Assembly: GCA_951406725.2 (NCBI GenBank)
Contig: OX597822.1
Span: forward strand, 23,560,001 to 23,624,000
DNA length: 64,000 nt
Source: Octopus vulgaris
Lineage: Eukaryota
Direction of reading: 5' to 3'
The notes beneath the pieces are model-generated. The model was not told the DNA's origin. It did no database searches and worked only from the letters and a program-made list of their open reading frames with translations. Numbering within the stretch: position 1 is the stretch's first letter; every line of letters starts with the position of its first letter. The position numbers and the translations under genes were made by a program. Positions 1 through 13,936 of this stretch are shown in pieces.

Positions 1-160
1 ACATCAACCCTAGTGCGTAACTGGTACTTAATTTATCGACCCCGAAAGGATGAAAACCAAAGTCGACCTCGGCGGAATTTGAACTCAGAACGTAGCGGCA
101 GACAAAATACCGCTATGCATTTCGCCCGGCGTGCTAACGTTTCTGTCAGCTCGCCGCCTT
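1..160 (-). mobile_element. Deu/Nin-domain tRNA-derived SINE, cut by the window edge
   Basis: Minus strand reads aaggcggcgagctgacagaaacgttagcac (A-box-like), gagttcaaattccgcc (B-box), then tttcatcctttcggggtcgataaattaagtacc (Deu/Nin-like core). Many near-identical copies occur in the window. Confidence 0.85.
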
Positions 161-398
161 AAATATATCTATTTCTACACCTTTAATATTTATTTCTATT
201 CACCTATCGCACTATATTTCTCCTCTCTAAGTGTTCTCCTAATTTCTTTCTTCCTCCTCCTCTTCGTATAAATTACCTTTGACGTTATATCTATCAACGG
301 TTGTTTTTTAAAATAACTTACCAGCACTCCCTTCATCATATATGCAGTAATCACATTCAGTTAAAAAATCATATTGATGCGTTTTGTTTCTCTTTTTT

Positions 399-484
399 TT
401 CCCTGATGAGAAGATTGCATTGTTTTACATTATTTTATTCCTTCCGGAATAATGCCAATGTTGTCTTCGAAACATATGCCGGAA
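399..484 (+). ncRNA. Degenerate type I hammerhead motif in a PLE-like repeat (repeat spans about 375-655; second copy about 50240-50500)
   Basis: ttcc-CTGATGA(403-409)-gaaga...tcttc-GAAA(469-472)-C-ATAT-GCC-ggaa. Stems I and II pair. The cleavage triplet reads GCC instead of GUC. Confidence 0.6.
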
Positions 485-695
485 GTATAAAGATTTGAAT
501 AACACCTGCGTTTAATTCCATTTATTTATTTATATATGTTAATTAAAAACAATTCACTAAACCCTGGAATTTCTACCTTTATAAGTAGGCTGTTACATCC
601 TTGGTACCTATATGAATTTTTGTTACCCTGGCAACTATTTATTTGTTATTTGTATATTTTTGAAAAAACACACATACATTTATATATACACACAG

Positions 696-734
<39 letters not shown>

Positions 735-774
735 TATATACTGACATACGTATGTGTGTATGCATTATACGACG

Positions 775-905
775 GAATTCCACAGTTTCTGTGTACTAAA
801 TTCACCCAAAAAGCATTGTTCAACATCGGGATATAGTAGAAGACACTTATCCAAGGTCCCACGCAGTGGGGCTGAATCCGGGACCATGCGATTGCGAAGG
901 AAACT
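775..905 (-). mobile_element. 5' fragment of the CORE-like microsatellite-bearing SINE
   Basis: tagtagaagacacttatccaaggtcccacgcagtggggctgaatccggga matches the reverse complement of the head of 53641-54053. Confidence 0.7.
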
Positions 906-911
906 TCATAC

Positions 912-1137
912 CTATTACTTTACTACCGACAAGGGGCTAAACACAGAGGGGACAGACAAATGGATTAAGTCGATTATATCGACCCCAGTGCGTAACGTGT
1001 ACTTATTTAATCGACCCCGAAAGGATGAAAGGCAAAGTCGACCTCGGCGGAATTTGAACTCAGAACGTAACGGCAGACGAAATACGGCTACGCATTTCGT
1101 CCGGCGTGCTAACGTTTCTGCTAGCTCGCCGCCTTAT
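912..1137 (-). mobile_element. Deu/Nin SINE, full length, long-tail variant
   Basis: Head, Nin core and tail (gtctgtccct...tttagccccttg...taaagtaatag) match 15462-15696. Confidence 0.9.
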
Positions 1138-1189
1138 AGGGAAGAAAACTTCATACCACACAGCAATGCCTATGAATATGTATATATAT

Positions 1190-1385
1190 TTCTGTCTGTG
1201 TTTGTCCCTTACTGATATCGCTTTGCTTACACCTTTGTAATTTAGTTCGGCAAAAAAGTGGTGGTATGAAGCTTTAAAAAAAGTATGAAGCTTTCAAAAA
1301 AAAAGGTACTGGGGTCTATTTTTCGACTAAACTCTTCAAGGCGGTGCCCCAGCATAGCCGCAGTCTAATGAGTGAAACAAGTAAA
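1190..1385 (+). mobile_element. Diverged 3' half of the CORE-like SINE
   Basis: gtactggggtctatttttcgactaa...ggcggtgccccagcatagccgcagtctaatgagtgaaacaagtaaa. Confidence 0.7.
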
Positions 1386-1467
1386 TATATGTATATTCAT
1401 CTTTTATCTTATATTAGTTTTAGTACACACACGCACGCACACACACATACACACACATGCACGTATG

Positions 1468-1872
1468 TTAAGTAGCTTGGTTACCAGCCACATGGTTCTG
1501 GGTTCAATCCCACTGCGTGGCACCTTGGGCAAGTATCTTCTACTATAGCCACGGGCCGACCAAAGCCTTGTGAGTGGATTTGGTAGACGTAAACTGAAAG
1601 AAGCCCGTCGTATATATGTGTGTGTGTGTGTATGTGTATGTGTGTATATATATGTTTGTGTGTCTGTGTTTGTCCTCCCCAACACCGCTTGACAACCGAT
1701 GCTGGTGTGTTTACGTCTCCGTAACTTAGCGGTTCGGCAAAAGAGACCGATAGAATAAGTACTAGGCTTACAAAGAATAAATCCTAGGGTCGATTTGCTT
1801 GATTAAAGGCGGTGCTCCAGCATGGCCGCAGTCAAATGACTGAAACAAGTAAAAGAGTAAAAGAGTAAAAGA

Positions 1873-1873
<1 letters not shown>
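1468..1873 (+). mobile_element. CORE-like tRNA-derived SINE with internal (TG/TA)n and (GTAAAAGA)n tail
   Basis: ggttcaatccc B-box and gcgtggcaccttgggcaagt CORE-like block. Colinear with 53641-54053 and with the minus-strand copies at 14234, 30406 and 58143. Confidence 0.9.
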
Positions 1874-1909
<36 letters not shown>

Positions 1910-1931
1910 CATACATACATACATATATATA

Positions 1932-1973
<42 letters not shown>

Positions 1974-2191
1974 CATATATACATATATATATACATACAC
2001 ACGCACACATACATGCACATACACACACATGGTTTACTGATATCTAAGAATGAGTAGTCAATACATTCTACTGGGTGGACAGTCACTTCGAACTTTCGCC
2101 GATGAAGGCTTATTGAACATTGATAAATCTAGCTCGGTAAAATTCCCAATTCCCAGTTAACATCATCCTTAATACACACACACACACACGT

Positions 2192-2278
<87 letters not shown>

Positions 2279-2640
2279 CACACACTCACACCTATTAGCG
2301 TATGTGTGTTTTCTATATAACAAGCAACATGTGTCCTCTCGGCTTAACCTCAATTCTTCTTTTACAATACGGAACTCGCTTGGCGATTATGCTCGCAGAA
2401 ATCCTATACTCTTCCATTTCCTCTCAGCGCGCTCTCTCTTCACATCAGAGGAATCAGATTATTCGACTGGGGCAGAAAACTGAACCAATCAGCTTATTAT
2501 AACGATGCTTTACGGATCAATACTGGCTATCAGTTCTCGCAGTTCTTATAAATATTACGCCAAACTTCGCATATCGCATCAGAGTCTCCTTCTCTCTTTT
2601 TTTTTTTTATATTCTTTATATTTTGCTGAGAGTTTTTCTC

Positions 2641-3235
2641 GCTAGTGCCTCTTCGCCATCACCGCCGTCACTGCCATTGCCGCCACTGTTGCCGCCACCA
2701 ATGTCGCCGTCACTGCCGCCGCCCTGCCTCCCCCACTGCCGCCGCCACTGCCGCCGCCCTGCCGCCGCCACTGCCGCCGCCACTGCCGCCGCCACGGCCG
2801 CCGCCACAGCCGCCGCCACTGCCACCGCCACAGCCGCCGCCACTGCCACCGCCACTGCCGCCGCCACTACCGCTGTCACTGCTGCTGTTACTTCCACTGT
2901 CACTTCCGTGCCGCCGCCGCTGCCGCCACTACCACCGGTTCCACCGCCGCTGCCACTACCACCGCCACCGTCACCGCCTCCGGTGCTGTCGCTGGCACAC
3001 TGCCATCGCAGTCCCCGCCGCGACGACTGAAACGACGACATGACGACGACACGGTAACGACACGACGACTACGACGACGACCACGACCACCAACACCAAC
3101 ACCACCACGACCACCACTGCCGTCGCTGCCTCAACAACGTCCATAACTTGAAGCAGCAGCATCACCATCACCATCTCTACGGTGTCCACATGTAGCACCA
3201 ATCATCATCACCACCACAATGACGACGACGACGAA
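2641..3235. repeat. GC-rich cryptic trinucleotide array (GCC/ACC/ACT grading to ACG/ACC/ATC)
   Basis: Repeated gccgccgccact units. The overlapping ORFs give only poly-Ala, Pro, Gly or Val in every frame. Confidence 0.85.
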
Positions 3236-4564
3236 ATTGAATGATTTTTCAGTCTGGCATCCGGTGCTTGACCTTCTACTGACGATTTGTAACTACGACG
3301 AAATACGAAATCACGCGGGTTCCAATGACATTTGGTCAACCGATAGGATTTCGATACTTCTCACCATTTGTCGTTAACACGAAACGACTTTTCGGGACGT
3401 TGACCGCAGTCCGTCGCATTATAACAACACATCGTGACAGCATTCAGCCCTCGATTGTTTTCATAGTCAGAGTGTGGAGCTGTTTAAGTACTTCCCTGAG
3501 TGTACATACGGATTTATCTCATCATTACAAGAAATATATAGTCTTCTAAGGTACTGTTTCTCTATCAAATATGCCGGTAATTTCCTCTTTATAGAATCTA
3601 CTACAGCACCGAGGAAATTTGTGTAAGCCACGTTTTTTGATGAAGAGAAACGGAAGCACGCCATAACTATTAATAAAGCCAATTAGTTTAATATTTTGGA
3701 TTTATTACGGATTGATAATATTCTGATCTTAGCTGCTTCTGATTCTTTGGAAAGCATAACAGTCTTCTTTACCTTAGCAAAATCTACCAACAATCTATTC
3801 TTCCGATAATATTCCTCTCAAACATTTCAAAAACATCGTTTATTCGGCGCTGCATTATTCTGCTTTCATAATTATCGATCTCCGTGTATTATTTTGTTTG
3901 TTATTATCCTCATCCGTGGCCATCAAGTCCCTACCTTTGTCTCCTCTTGAGAACAAAAGGACACAGTTAATTAAATTCCCAGCAAACTGATTGCATTTTA
4001 CGCAAATCAATGGCTAGATATCTACAACTATTTTTTCCTTGTCTATGTAAAACAGCTGCCATTTCAGAAGCGGCGACCAATGGAAATCTTGCGTGTCACA
4101 GTTGCTACGTTATATGGTATGTGGGATATAAATAAATGCCTGTGTACTCAATGTACACTAACAACAAGCTCTCGATCAGTATAAGTATCAAGATGTGTAC
4201 ATTAAAGTGTGGACAAAAGTCATTGTTTTATTAGAGGCAGACAATAATCCAATTGAGAGAAGTTGATATACGACTCCTCGACCTCGCCTTGTCGAAATAC
4301 AACCTCTAAAGACAGGTACCGATCATATTTTCCTACCGTCGAGGTGAAAATATGTTGTAACTCTGGATTAAGAGCTGGTTCAAGCCATATTCAGTAAAAC
4401 TGAATATTATGAAAAAAGTAGGTTGAATCTGCCATTTTAGCTTTCATTATAGTTGAGTCATTTTTACGTACTCCCATCCTGGACCTCTTCTTGGATCCTT
4501 AACTATATCTGGCATTCAGAACAAACAGAATTTAACCGAGACCTGTCCTCTTCTGCAGATAAAT

Positions 4565-4948
4565 GTCTCCTCCCCCTCTCCTCCTCCTCCTTTTGCCCTT
4601 CCTCTTCCTCATCTTCCTCATCTTCCTCATCTTCCACTTCTTTCTCTTCTTCCACTTCTTCCTCTTCTTTCTCTTCTTTCTCTTCTTTCTCATCTTCCTC
4701 TTCTTTCTCATTTTCCTCATCTTCCTCATTTTCCTCATCTTCCTCTTCTTTCTCTTCTTTCTCTTCTTTCTCTTCTTTCTCATCTTCCTCTTCTTTCTCA
4801 TCTTCTTCATCTTCCTCATTTTCCTCTCCTTCCTCATCTTCCTCATCTTCCTCTCCTTCCTCTCCTTCCTCTTCTTTTTCTTCTTCCTCCTCTTCCTTAT
4901 CTTTCTCTTCTACCCCCCATCCTCCTCCTCCTCCTCCTCCTCCTCCTC

Positions 4949-4984
<36 letters not shown>

Positions 4985-4985
4985 T
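4565..4985. repeat. Polypyrimidine tract (TCTTCCTCA/TCTTCTTTC units) followed by (CCT)n and (ACT)n
   Basis: About 400 bp almost devoid of G on the + strand. Confidence 0.9.
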
Positions 4986-5248
4986 ATCGATAGCATCTCT
5001 CTGCCTTCCTACACTTTTTCTCTTATTATTTTTGAGTCCTTTATTTCTATTAATTTTCTTTTCTATTAATTTTTTTCTTCCTATCCTTAATATATATCTA
5101 TTGAAAAACGAAGGCTGTCTGGATAGGCACTAACTACAATGTATAATAATAGTTAATTATATTAGTTACGTTGTATTGTTAGTTAGACCCAAATTGTAAG
5201 CTTGTGATACAGATATGGGTACAGTAACGCTAAACACATATGCGCGCA

Positions 5249-5309
<61 letters not shown>

Positions 5310-5635
5310 GCCCATCATAAAAAGAAAAGTTCAGAGAGAAGAAAAAGAAGTGGTGATTTTTTTTTTCACAACTGATTGAATATCTTATATCGGACATAAA
5401 AGACGGAGAAGCAAATAACACGATCGTATGTTTTTATAATTTTGTGTTTTTTTTTCTCGTATAATTTCATTGAAATGAATGTGAAAATATATCTTCGCAT
5501 TCTTTGGAAAGATAAATTTCTGTCGCGACACATATGCGCAGTAAGAGTGTGGTTGTTCGGTAAGAAATTGCCGATCCCTCAACGTCGGCTGACGACGGGA
5601 GAGCCCATGACGTGCATACATACATACATACATAT

Positions 5636-5709
<74 letters not shown>

Positions 5710-5884
5710 GTGTATCCGACCTAATAGCATTTGATAATAACGTAAATGCAACACTGAAAGACTAACTTACTGCAGTGTTTGTCCAGAGATAACATCAGCT
5801 ATGGACGTACTGTGCTGAATACAATATATATGTATGTATGTATGTAAGAAACCAAAGTGTACGTACGCCGCCATATATATATAT

Positions 5885-6195
5885 AAAAAGGAATAGAAAA
5901 AATGGGACAAGAACGCAAAATATCTAGACAGATGATACAAAAATGGGACAAGAAAAAACAAGGACGGGTCATTTGGAGTTTTCTTTCCTCAATCGAGTTC
6001 CAGATTATCTTTGCAATTTCGGCTGGTATACTCGAGATTGCTCCAATCTGGCCAGCCCCATGGAAAAACTAAGCTAAGAGCACTAGATTTCTTGGAAGAA
6101 AGCAGCGAATGTATATGGAAACAAGGACGAAAAAAAAAAACGGAGAAATAGTACGCAGATACAAATGCAAACAGGACATCATTAACAACAGGTGT
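5885..6195. repeat. Unclassified interspersed repeat flanked by TA-rich microsatellite; inverted copy at about 31960-32270
   Basis: ctcgagattgctccaatctggccagcc...aaaactaagctaagagcactagatt is the reverse complement of 32045-32105. Confidence 0.75.
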
Positions 6196-6707
6196 GTTTC
6201 GACTATATACATATATTTATATGTATGTATGTTTGTATGTATGCATATATGTATATAAATGTATATATATATACCTATGTCTATATATATATAATATATG
6301 TGTGTGTATATATATATATGTGTATGTGTGTATACATCTAAACAAACACGCACACGCACAAACACACACGCGCACACACAATTTAACATTTCGTTTAGGC
6401 ATAGTGATATTAATAATATTCAAGGCTCTGAAGAAGCTACAGGATATTATCCTGGTACTCAACTTAGTGTTCACTATATTTTATAGCTGAAAGAGATGTA
6501 AGCTAATGAAGACCCTTACATAAAATTTGATTTCTCTGGTGTTTACATTTTCGCGGATGCTTGTATGAGCGAGTGTACACGCACCGCCATGCAACTTGCG
6601 CGAGGGCGTTTATACATCGATATTTGTTAACGGTTATTTTTAACACTTTTCTCGCTTTATTGCGTGTTCGTTTCTTTTTTGCATCTGTGATTTTATTTTT
6701 GATTTTC

Positions 6708-7480
<773 letters not shown>

Positions 7481-7968
7481 CCATCTCTCTATCCCACTGT
7501 CACTCCGATCCTACTTCCCTCCCTCCCTCCCTCCATCTCTCCACCCAACTACCTATATAGCTAATATACAACTTTCTGTCAATTTATGTAGGATTTCTAT
7601 TCTCTTTTCGGTTTTCTACTTCTTTCGTCAAATCTCCATTTTCTGCCACCCACTTCTTGCATTCGTCTTTGTTCTTCAGTCAGGTTATCTGTCCGTCTGT
7701 CAGCCTTCTTATCTGCCAGTCTCTCTCTCTTTCGCTCTCCACTCTCGCTTTCAGACTCTCTCTCTCTCGCTTGATTTCTCTCTCTTTTCTCATTGAAGCA
7801 GTACTTAATGGATGGCTTGTTGAATGCCTTGCTATTTTAAAACTGCAAATTAATGAATTTTGACAATAGACATAATTATAGAGGTAGGAAAAAATTTTTT
7901 TATTGTGCTATCTCATAATCGTTGCAGAACTGGACGTAGAGACAGGTTCACACACACACATGTATTTG

Positions 7969-8057
<89 letters not shown>

Positions 8058-8341
8058 GTTTATCTCTCCTCATAATATACACATATACATACACATATAT
8101 GAGTGTGTGTGTATGTGTGTGTACGTGTTTGTATGAATGTATTATGCATGCATGAATATGCTGTATATGCATACACATAGATCGTTCTGAAAAATATTTA
8201 TTTTCAATATTTATACATAGGCTATAATCTAAGCTTTGTCCTCATGAAGCATACGCATACATATATACCTACACACACACAGAGACATATATACACATAT
8301 ATACCTATGCAGACACACGCATACATACATAGATAAATACA

Positions 8342-8424
<83 letters not shown>

Positions 8425-8728
8425 TGCAAATCGAACGAGAATATCTATTCGCGCATACGTTAGCAAAGTGCTCAATGTAATATATTGAGTTTCAGAAGAA
8501 TATTACAATTAGAAAGAAAAGAAAAAGAGGGAGCGAGAGAGGGGGAGGGTAAGAGAGAGGGAGAGAGAAAGAGAGAGGGAGAGAGACAGAAAAAATAGAT
8601 GGGAGGAGAGATTGGTTGCATTTTATTCGTATTGATGTGTTGATAGATGAAAGGAAAAATGGATAAATTCACACATAAATACTATATGGACAGAGAAAAA
8701 ATAAATAAGGCAATAGATAGATGGAAAG

Positions 8729-8762
<34 letters not shown>

Positions 8763-9009
8763 ACAAGGAAAAATGCTAGTTCTTAAATCTCTCTAAGAGA
8801 TCAACGCAGTAGTTGTATTGACAAGTAATAATCGTAGCCCATATATACTTATATATATGTATATGTTCCTTGGTTTGTGTCTATGTTTTTCGTCGTTTGT
8901 GTCTATGTGTTCGACGTCTTTTTGGTGTCCTGTACACATATATGCGTGTATATGTACATGTAGAGGTAGGTACGTACATATATGTTTATATATATGCATA
9001 TATTTTATT

Positions 9010-9101
<92 letters not shown>

Positions 9102-9111
9102 GTCCTCGTCA

Positions 9112-9207
9112 CTGGACTATCACCTCTTCGGCCCCATGAAATAGGGTTTGAGAAGCAAACATTATTCCAGTGACGAGGAAGTGAAAACTGTATTGAAGTG
9201 GCTCAAA
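9112..9207 (+). pseudogene. Mariner transposase C-terminal fragment
   Basis: Translates LDYHLFGPMK*GLRSKHYSSDEEVKTVLKWLK, the segment following the YSPDLAPSD motif of mariner transposases. Confidence 0.75.
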
Positions 9208-9640
9208 GATATGTCAATACCAGCAGACTGTAACGCTGTAACTGCTGCAAAGGTTTATGAAAAATTAAGGACCTTGGATTGAAAGTATAAAACAAAAATG
9301 GCATCTAAGAACGACGACTGTACCTGTAATCATCAGAGCTTTCGAGATAATACAAAATGGCGCTTTTAAACACCTGGCTAAATAGCAGGAAACCGAAATG
9401 TATTAGGACTACTAAGAATTGTTTTCATGGGCCTGTCCTTATCCTAAGAACACCATCAACTTGAAAATAACTGATACTTTTAATAGTCTTTCAAAATTGA
9501 AATATTACAAATCTAATAGAATCGTAGTTCTCAGAACATGGATTGCTTTCCCTGAAATATATCACTGATAATCGTAAATAACTCCCATAGCAAAATGTCC
9601 AACCTGCTGTAACTTGAGGTCTCTGGGTGACACTTGGAAC
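9208..9640 (+). mobile_element. Decayed 3' end of an R4/Dong-like non-LTR retrotransposon (restriction-like endonuclease region and 3' UTR)
   Basis: Frameshifted peptides DMSIPADCN..KVYEKL, KDLGLKV and WHLRTTTVPVIIRAF parallel IIDMSIPCDHN...TTVPVIVGYLG at 51564-51995. Confidence 0.65.
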
Positions 9641-9659
9641 AACAACAACAATAACAGTG

Positions 9660-10088
9660 ATTTCAAATTTTGGCACATGACCTGCGGGTTTTGAGGGGAG
9701 GGGAAATTGATTACACCGAGTTCAATACTTGACTAGTGCTCATTTTATCGAATCCGAGAGATGAAAGGCAAAGCCGACTTCGGCGGAATTTGAACTCAGA
9801 ACAAAAAGACAGACGAAATTCCATTAAGCATTTTGCCCGGCGTGCTAATGATAATAATGTTGTTGTTAAGCTCGCCGCCTTAACAACAACAACAACAAGG
9901 CCCGAAGTTTGGGCAGGGTAATCGATAACATCGACCCCAGTACTCAACTGGTACTTAATTTATCGACCCCGAAAGGATGAAAGGCAAAGTCGACCTCGGC
10001 GGAATTTGAACTCAGGACGTAGCGACGGCCGAAATACGGCTAAGCATTTCACCCGGAGTGCTAACGATTCTGCCGGCTCGCCGCCTTA
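9660..10088 (-). mobile_element. Two head-to-tail Deu/Nin SINE copies (about 9660-9881 and 9895-10088)
   Basis: Each contains gaaaggcaaag(t/c)cgac..cggcggaatttgaactcag and ends in gctcgccgcctt. Confidence 0.85.
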
Positions 10089-10183
<95 letters not shown>

Positions 10184-10302
10184 TAATAATAATAATAATA
10201 ATAATAATGATAAAAATAATAATAATAATCCTTTCTACTATAGGCAGAAGGCCTGAAATTTGGGGGAGAAGGCTAGTCGATTACTCGACCCTAGTGAGTT
10301 GG

Positions 10303-10355
10303 ATGGGTGCTGATGAGGAGGACAACACCCCGCGAAATATGGCATATATACTCAT
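10303..10355 (+). ncRNA. Candidate type I hammerhead motif with a damaged stem II
   Basis: atgggtg-CTGATGA(10310-16)-ggaggacaacaccccgc-GAAA(10334-37)-tatggcata-TA-tactcat. Stem I forms 7 bp including 2 GU pairs. Confidence 0.45.
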
Positions 10356-10794
10356 TACCCATTTTTGTTTCCGGTCTGATCGTTTCGTTTGCATTTGACG
10401 TCTCGATACGAAACGTTGTAACAAAAATCAGTGCTGACTTATAACGTCAATAGCATATCTGTAGAAATACCCTTAACAAAATAATAAGAATGCTGAGTTT
10501 CGGAAGAAATACTGCAAGACGTTCTGTCTATTGCTCACAAAATTCTGCTAATTTTGCTGCTTTTAAGACTAAGGAGATTAGTTCTATTATGGAAGTCTGC
10601 TTGGCTCTGCCTTTCTCCCTTCTCTTCTTTCCTCTTTCGGGAACGTTCTATCGTGCTCAAGCGATAATACAAAGCCGAGCAAATCCATCGTTTCGGAGAT
10701 TTTCATTATTATACAAAATGATTTGCATAAGATGTTGCGTGTTAGTACTTGCGGGTGTATGTATGTGTGTGTGTGATGCACAGAATGAGATAGG

Positions 10795-10968
10795 AAGAGA
10801 AAGTGTAGAGAGAGGGAGAAAGTAAGAGAGAGAGGAAGAGAGAAAGAGTGAGAGAGCGAGAGGAAGAAAGAGAGAGCAAGAGGAAGAGAGAAAGAGAAAG
10901 AGTGAGAGAGCGAGAGTAAGAGAGAAAGAGAGTGAGACAGAGAAAGAAAGAAAGAAAGAGAGAGAGAG

Positions 10969-11056
<88 letters not shown>
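10795..11056. repeat. Polypurine (GA)n tract
   Basis: Direct read. Confidence 0.95.
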
Positions 11057-11060
<4 letters not shown>

Positions 11061-11213
11061 CTTTCGCGTGAGTTTATGCACAGATGCTTTCTACGTTTTC
11101 AATGTGCCTGGCGTTGTTTAGTTTCAGATCTGTCTTAGCAAGAAGATGTCAGATCAAAAGCGTTTCGAAGATGACCCTCCAGTGTAATTGGTGTCTAGTT
11201 TTGGAAAGTCTTG

Positions 11214-11254
<41 letters not shown>

Positions 11255-11676
11255 TACATGCACATACATATATACATGTTAATTACTAGTAACGGAAACA
11301 CTATTAGTTCAAAATTAGTGATATGTAATACATACTCAAAATGTAAATATGTCGAAAGCTTTCTTAACTGTGGTTGTCATTTTGAAAGAGTATGTCTTAT
11401 GGACATAAGGGTTACTTTCTCCAGAAGAATACCGTGCGGAAACCCGTCGTATGAGCGCGTGCGTGTGTATTGAAAGGTAGCCATTTCAAATGAGATAGCT
11501 TAACAGTTAACCTGTGTTTCTAAATCCATATCTATCCATCTTTCAATCAGGAACTAAAGAAAATTTGTTTTTCGATTATCGTTTGGAATTATACGCATTT
11601 GAATAGATTACAGGGAGTCAAGATTAAAAATAGAGATTCGGTTTCAAAATTAATTTTATTATTGTCATATACTACA

Positions 11677-12112
11677 AGGCGGCGAGCTGGCAGAAACGTT
11701 AGCACGCCAGGCGAAATGCCTATCAGTATTTCGTATGTCTTTACGTCCTGAGTTCAAATTCCGCCGAGGTCGACTTTGCCTTTCGTCCTTTCGGGGTCGA
11801 TAAATTAAGTACCAGTTGCATACTGGGGTAGATCTAATCGACTAGCCTTCTCCCCATAATTTCAGACCTTGTGCCTAGAGTAGATAAGCATGTACTTCAA
11901 GGGGGTAAGCTGGCAGAATCGTTAGTACACCGTGCAAAATTCTTAGCAGTCTTTCGCCCGTCGCTACGTTCTGAGTTCAAATTCCACCGAGATTGACTTT
12001 GCTTTTCACCCTTTCAGGGTCGATAAATTGAATACCAGTTGAGTACTGGGGTCGATGTAATCGACTATCACCCTCCCCCAAATTTTAGGCCTTGTGCCTA
12101 TAATAGAAAGGC
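11677..12112 (+). mobile_element. Deu/Nin SINE dimer flanked by an 18-bp direct repeat
   Basis: Monomers at about 11678-11890 and 11899-12112. ttattgtcatatactaca occurs at 11659-11676 and 12113-12130. Confidence 0.85.
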
Positions 12113-12331
12113 TTATTGTCATATACTACATACTCTTGGATTATGTAATTCCCTACGTAACAATGAAAAGTTTGTTTCGCAACCTAATCTCCAGTTTTAT
12201 TATGGTCTTGTTTGCATATATGTATGTATGCACGTATCTATGTTTGTGTGTGTGTATATATGTATAACTATATACACACATCTCTCTGTGTGTCTCTGTC
12301 TGTCTGTGTGTCTCTGTCTCATTGTCTGTCT

Positions 12332-12411
<80 letters not shown>

Positions 12412-13259
12412 GTATAAATATTTGTTGTGCAAGATTTTTTATGTGAAGTCGTGTATTGAAATATGAAATATGACCATTCCGAAATATAACAATATATATA
12501 TATATATATATATATCATCAGCCATATGCTTGTATTTAAGTAGGAGTATTGAATTTATAACTATATTTGTGTACGTATATGTGTACCTGTACATATGTGC
12601 TGTCTGTATTTGTTAGTTTGTGTTCGTATGCGTATGTCTCTGTGTATACACCTATTTAAATATGCGCTAATGATGCTCTCCTTCGCGTATAGTTGTATAT
12701 CGGTGCGGTGTTTTGCTTAAATTAATAGACGAGAGTAAATGAGTGTTTGTGTGTATTCATTTATGCGCAAGAACGTGAGTGGGAGATAGTTAGATAGATA
12801 GATAGATAGATAGAGAAAGAGAGAGAGGTGAGGAGAAGGTATGAGGTATATTCAGATGATTTTAGGTGGATTAATTAAAAAATGGATACGTCAGCAGCGT
12901 ATTTTGGACGAGCAACAACCAAATCAAAAAATATCATTTCAGCCCTCGAAGCATCATATTTGTGACAGCTGTTGCAACCACTTCAGCAACCACATCAGCA
13001 ACACGCACAAGATGAACCAACAAAAATAACACCACGAATATCAATAATAGCAGAAGCAACGACGACAACAACAACAGCAATAACAAGTGGTAGAAGGCAC
13101 ATTTAACGAAGAATGAACAGTCGAAGACCGGTATGGTGGATGGTGCGACGTATACGTAAATCAATTTGTTCTTTAATGACAATTCCGCAAATAGATTTCT
13201 ACAAATTAACGCCAACGTCACCATCACAAATCTCGCCGCCAACATTACCAACACGATTA

Positions 13260-13437
13260 CAATGGTGATGATGATGATGATGATGATGGTGGTCGTGGTC
13301 GTCGTCGTGGTGGTGATGGAAATGATGATCCTGATCATCACAATCGTCGTCATCATCATCATCATCATCACGACCACCACGTCCACCACCACCACCACCA
13401 ACACGAACACCTCCACCACCACCACCACCACCAGTAT

Positions 13438-13505
<68 letters not shown>

Positions 13506-13530
13506 CCACCACCACCACCACCACCACCAC
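13260..13530. repeat. Compound trinucleotide repeat (GAT/GGT/ATC/ACC) with a pure (CAG)n run
   Basis: Direct read; (CAG)n at about 13438-13503. Confidence 0.95.
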
Positions 13531-13814
13531 TCATTCCACTTCATCTGCTCATTTTCATAATAACCATATAATGCTCATATATATTTTGTTAATACATACA
13601 CGTGTAAGTGCTCGTTCATGCGTGTGCACGTTCTTCCCTGTGTGTGTATGTGTGTGTTTGCGTGTGCGTGTCCGTTTGCACGTGTGTGTATGAGTGAATG
13701 TGTGTGAATGAGTGTATGTGTGTGCGCATTCATATCTGTTGGTGGTACAAAGTATTATTTAATTAATGGTCGTGTCTTTTTGATCGAAGGGTGTACATGT
13801 GCATGTGTAGGCGT

Positions 13815-13936
<122 letters not shown>

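Noticed and set aside
3560-3966. Possible second GIY-YIG remnant on the minus strand (ILSIRNKSKILN)
   Set aside because: Too decayed; the conserved Cys, Trp and YIG positions are not recoverable by eye.
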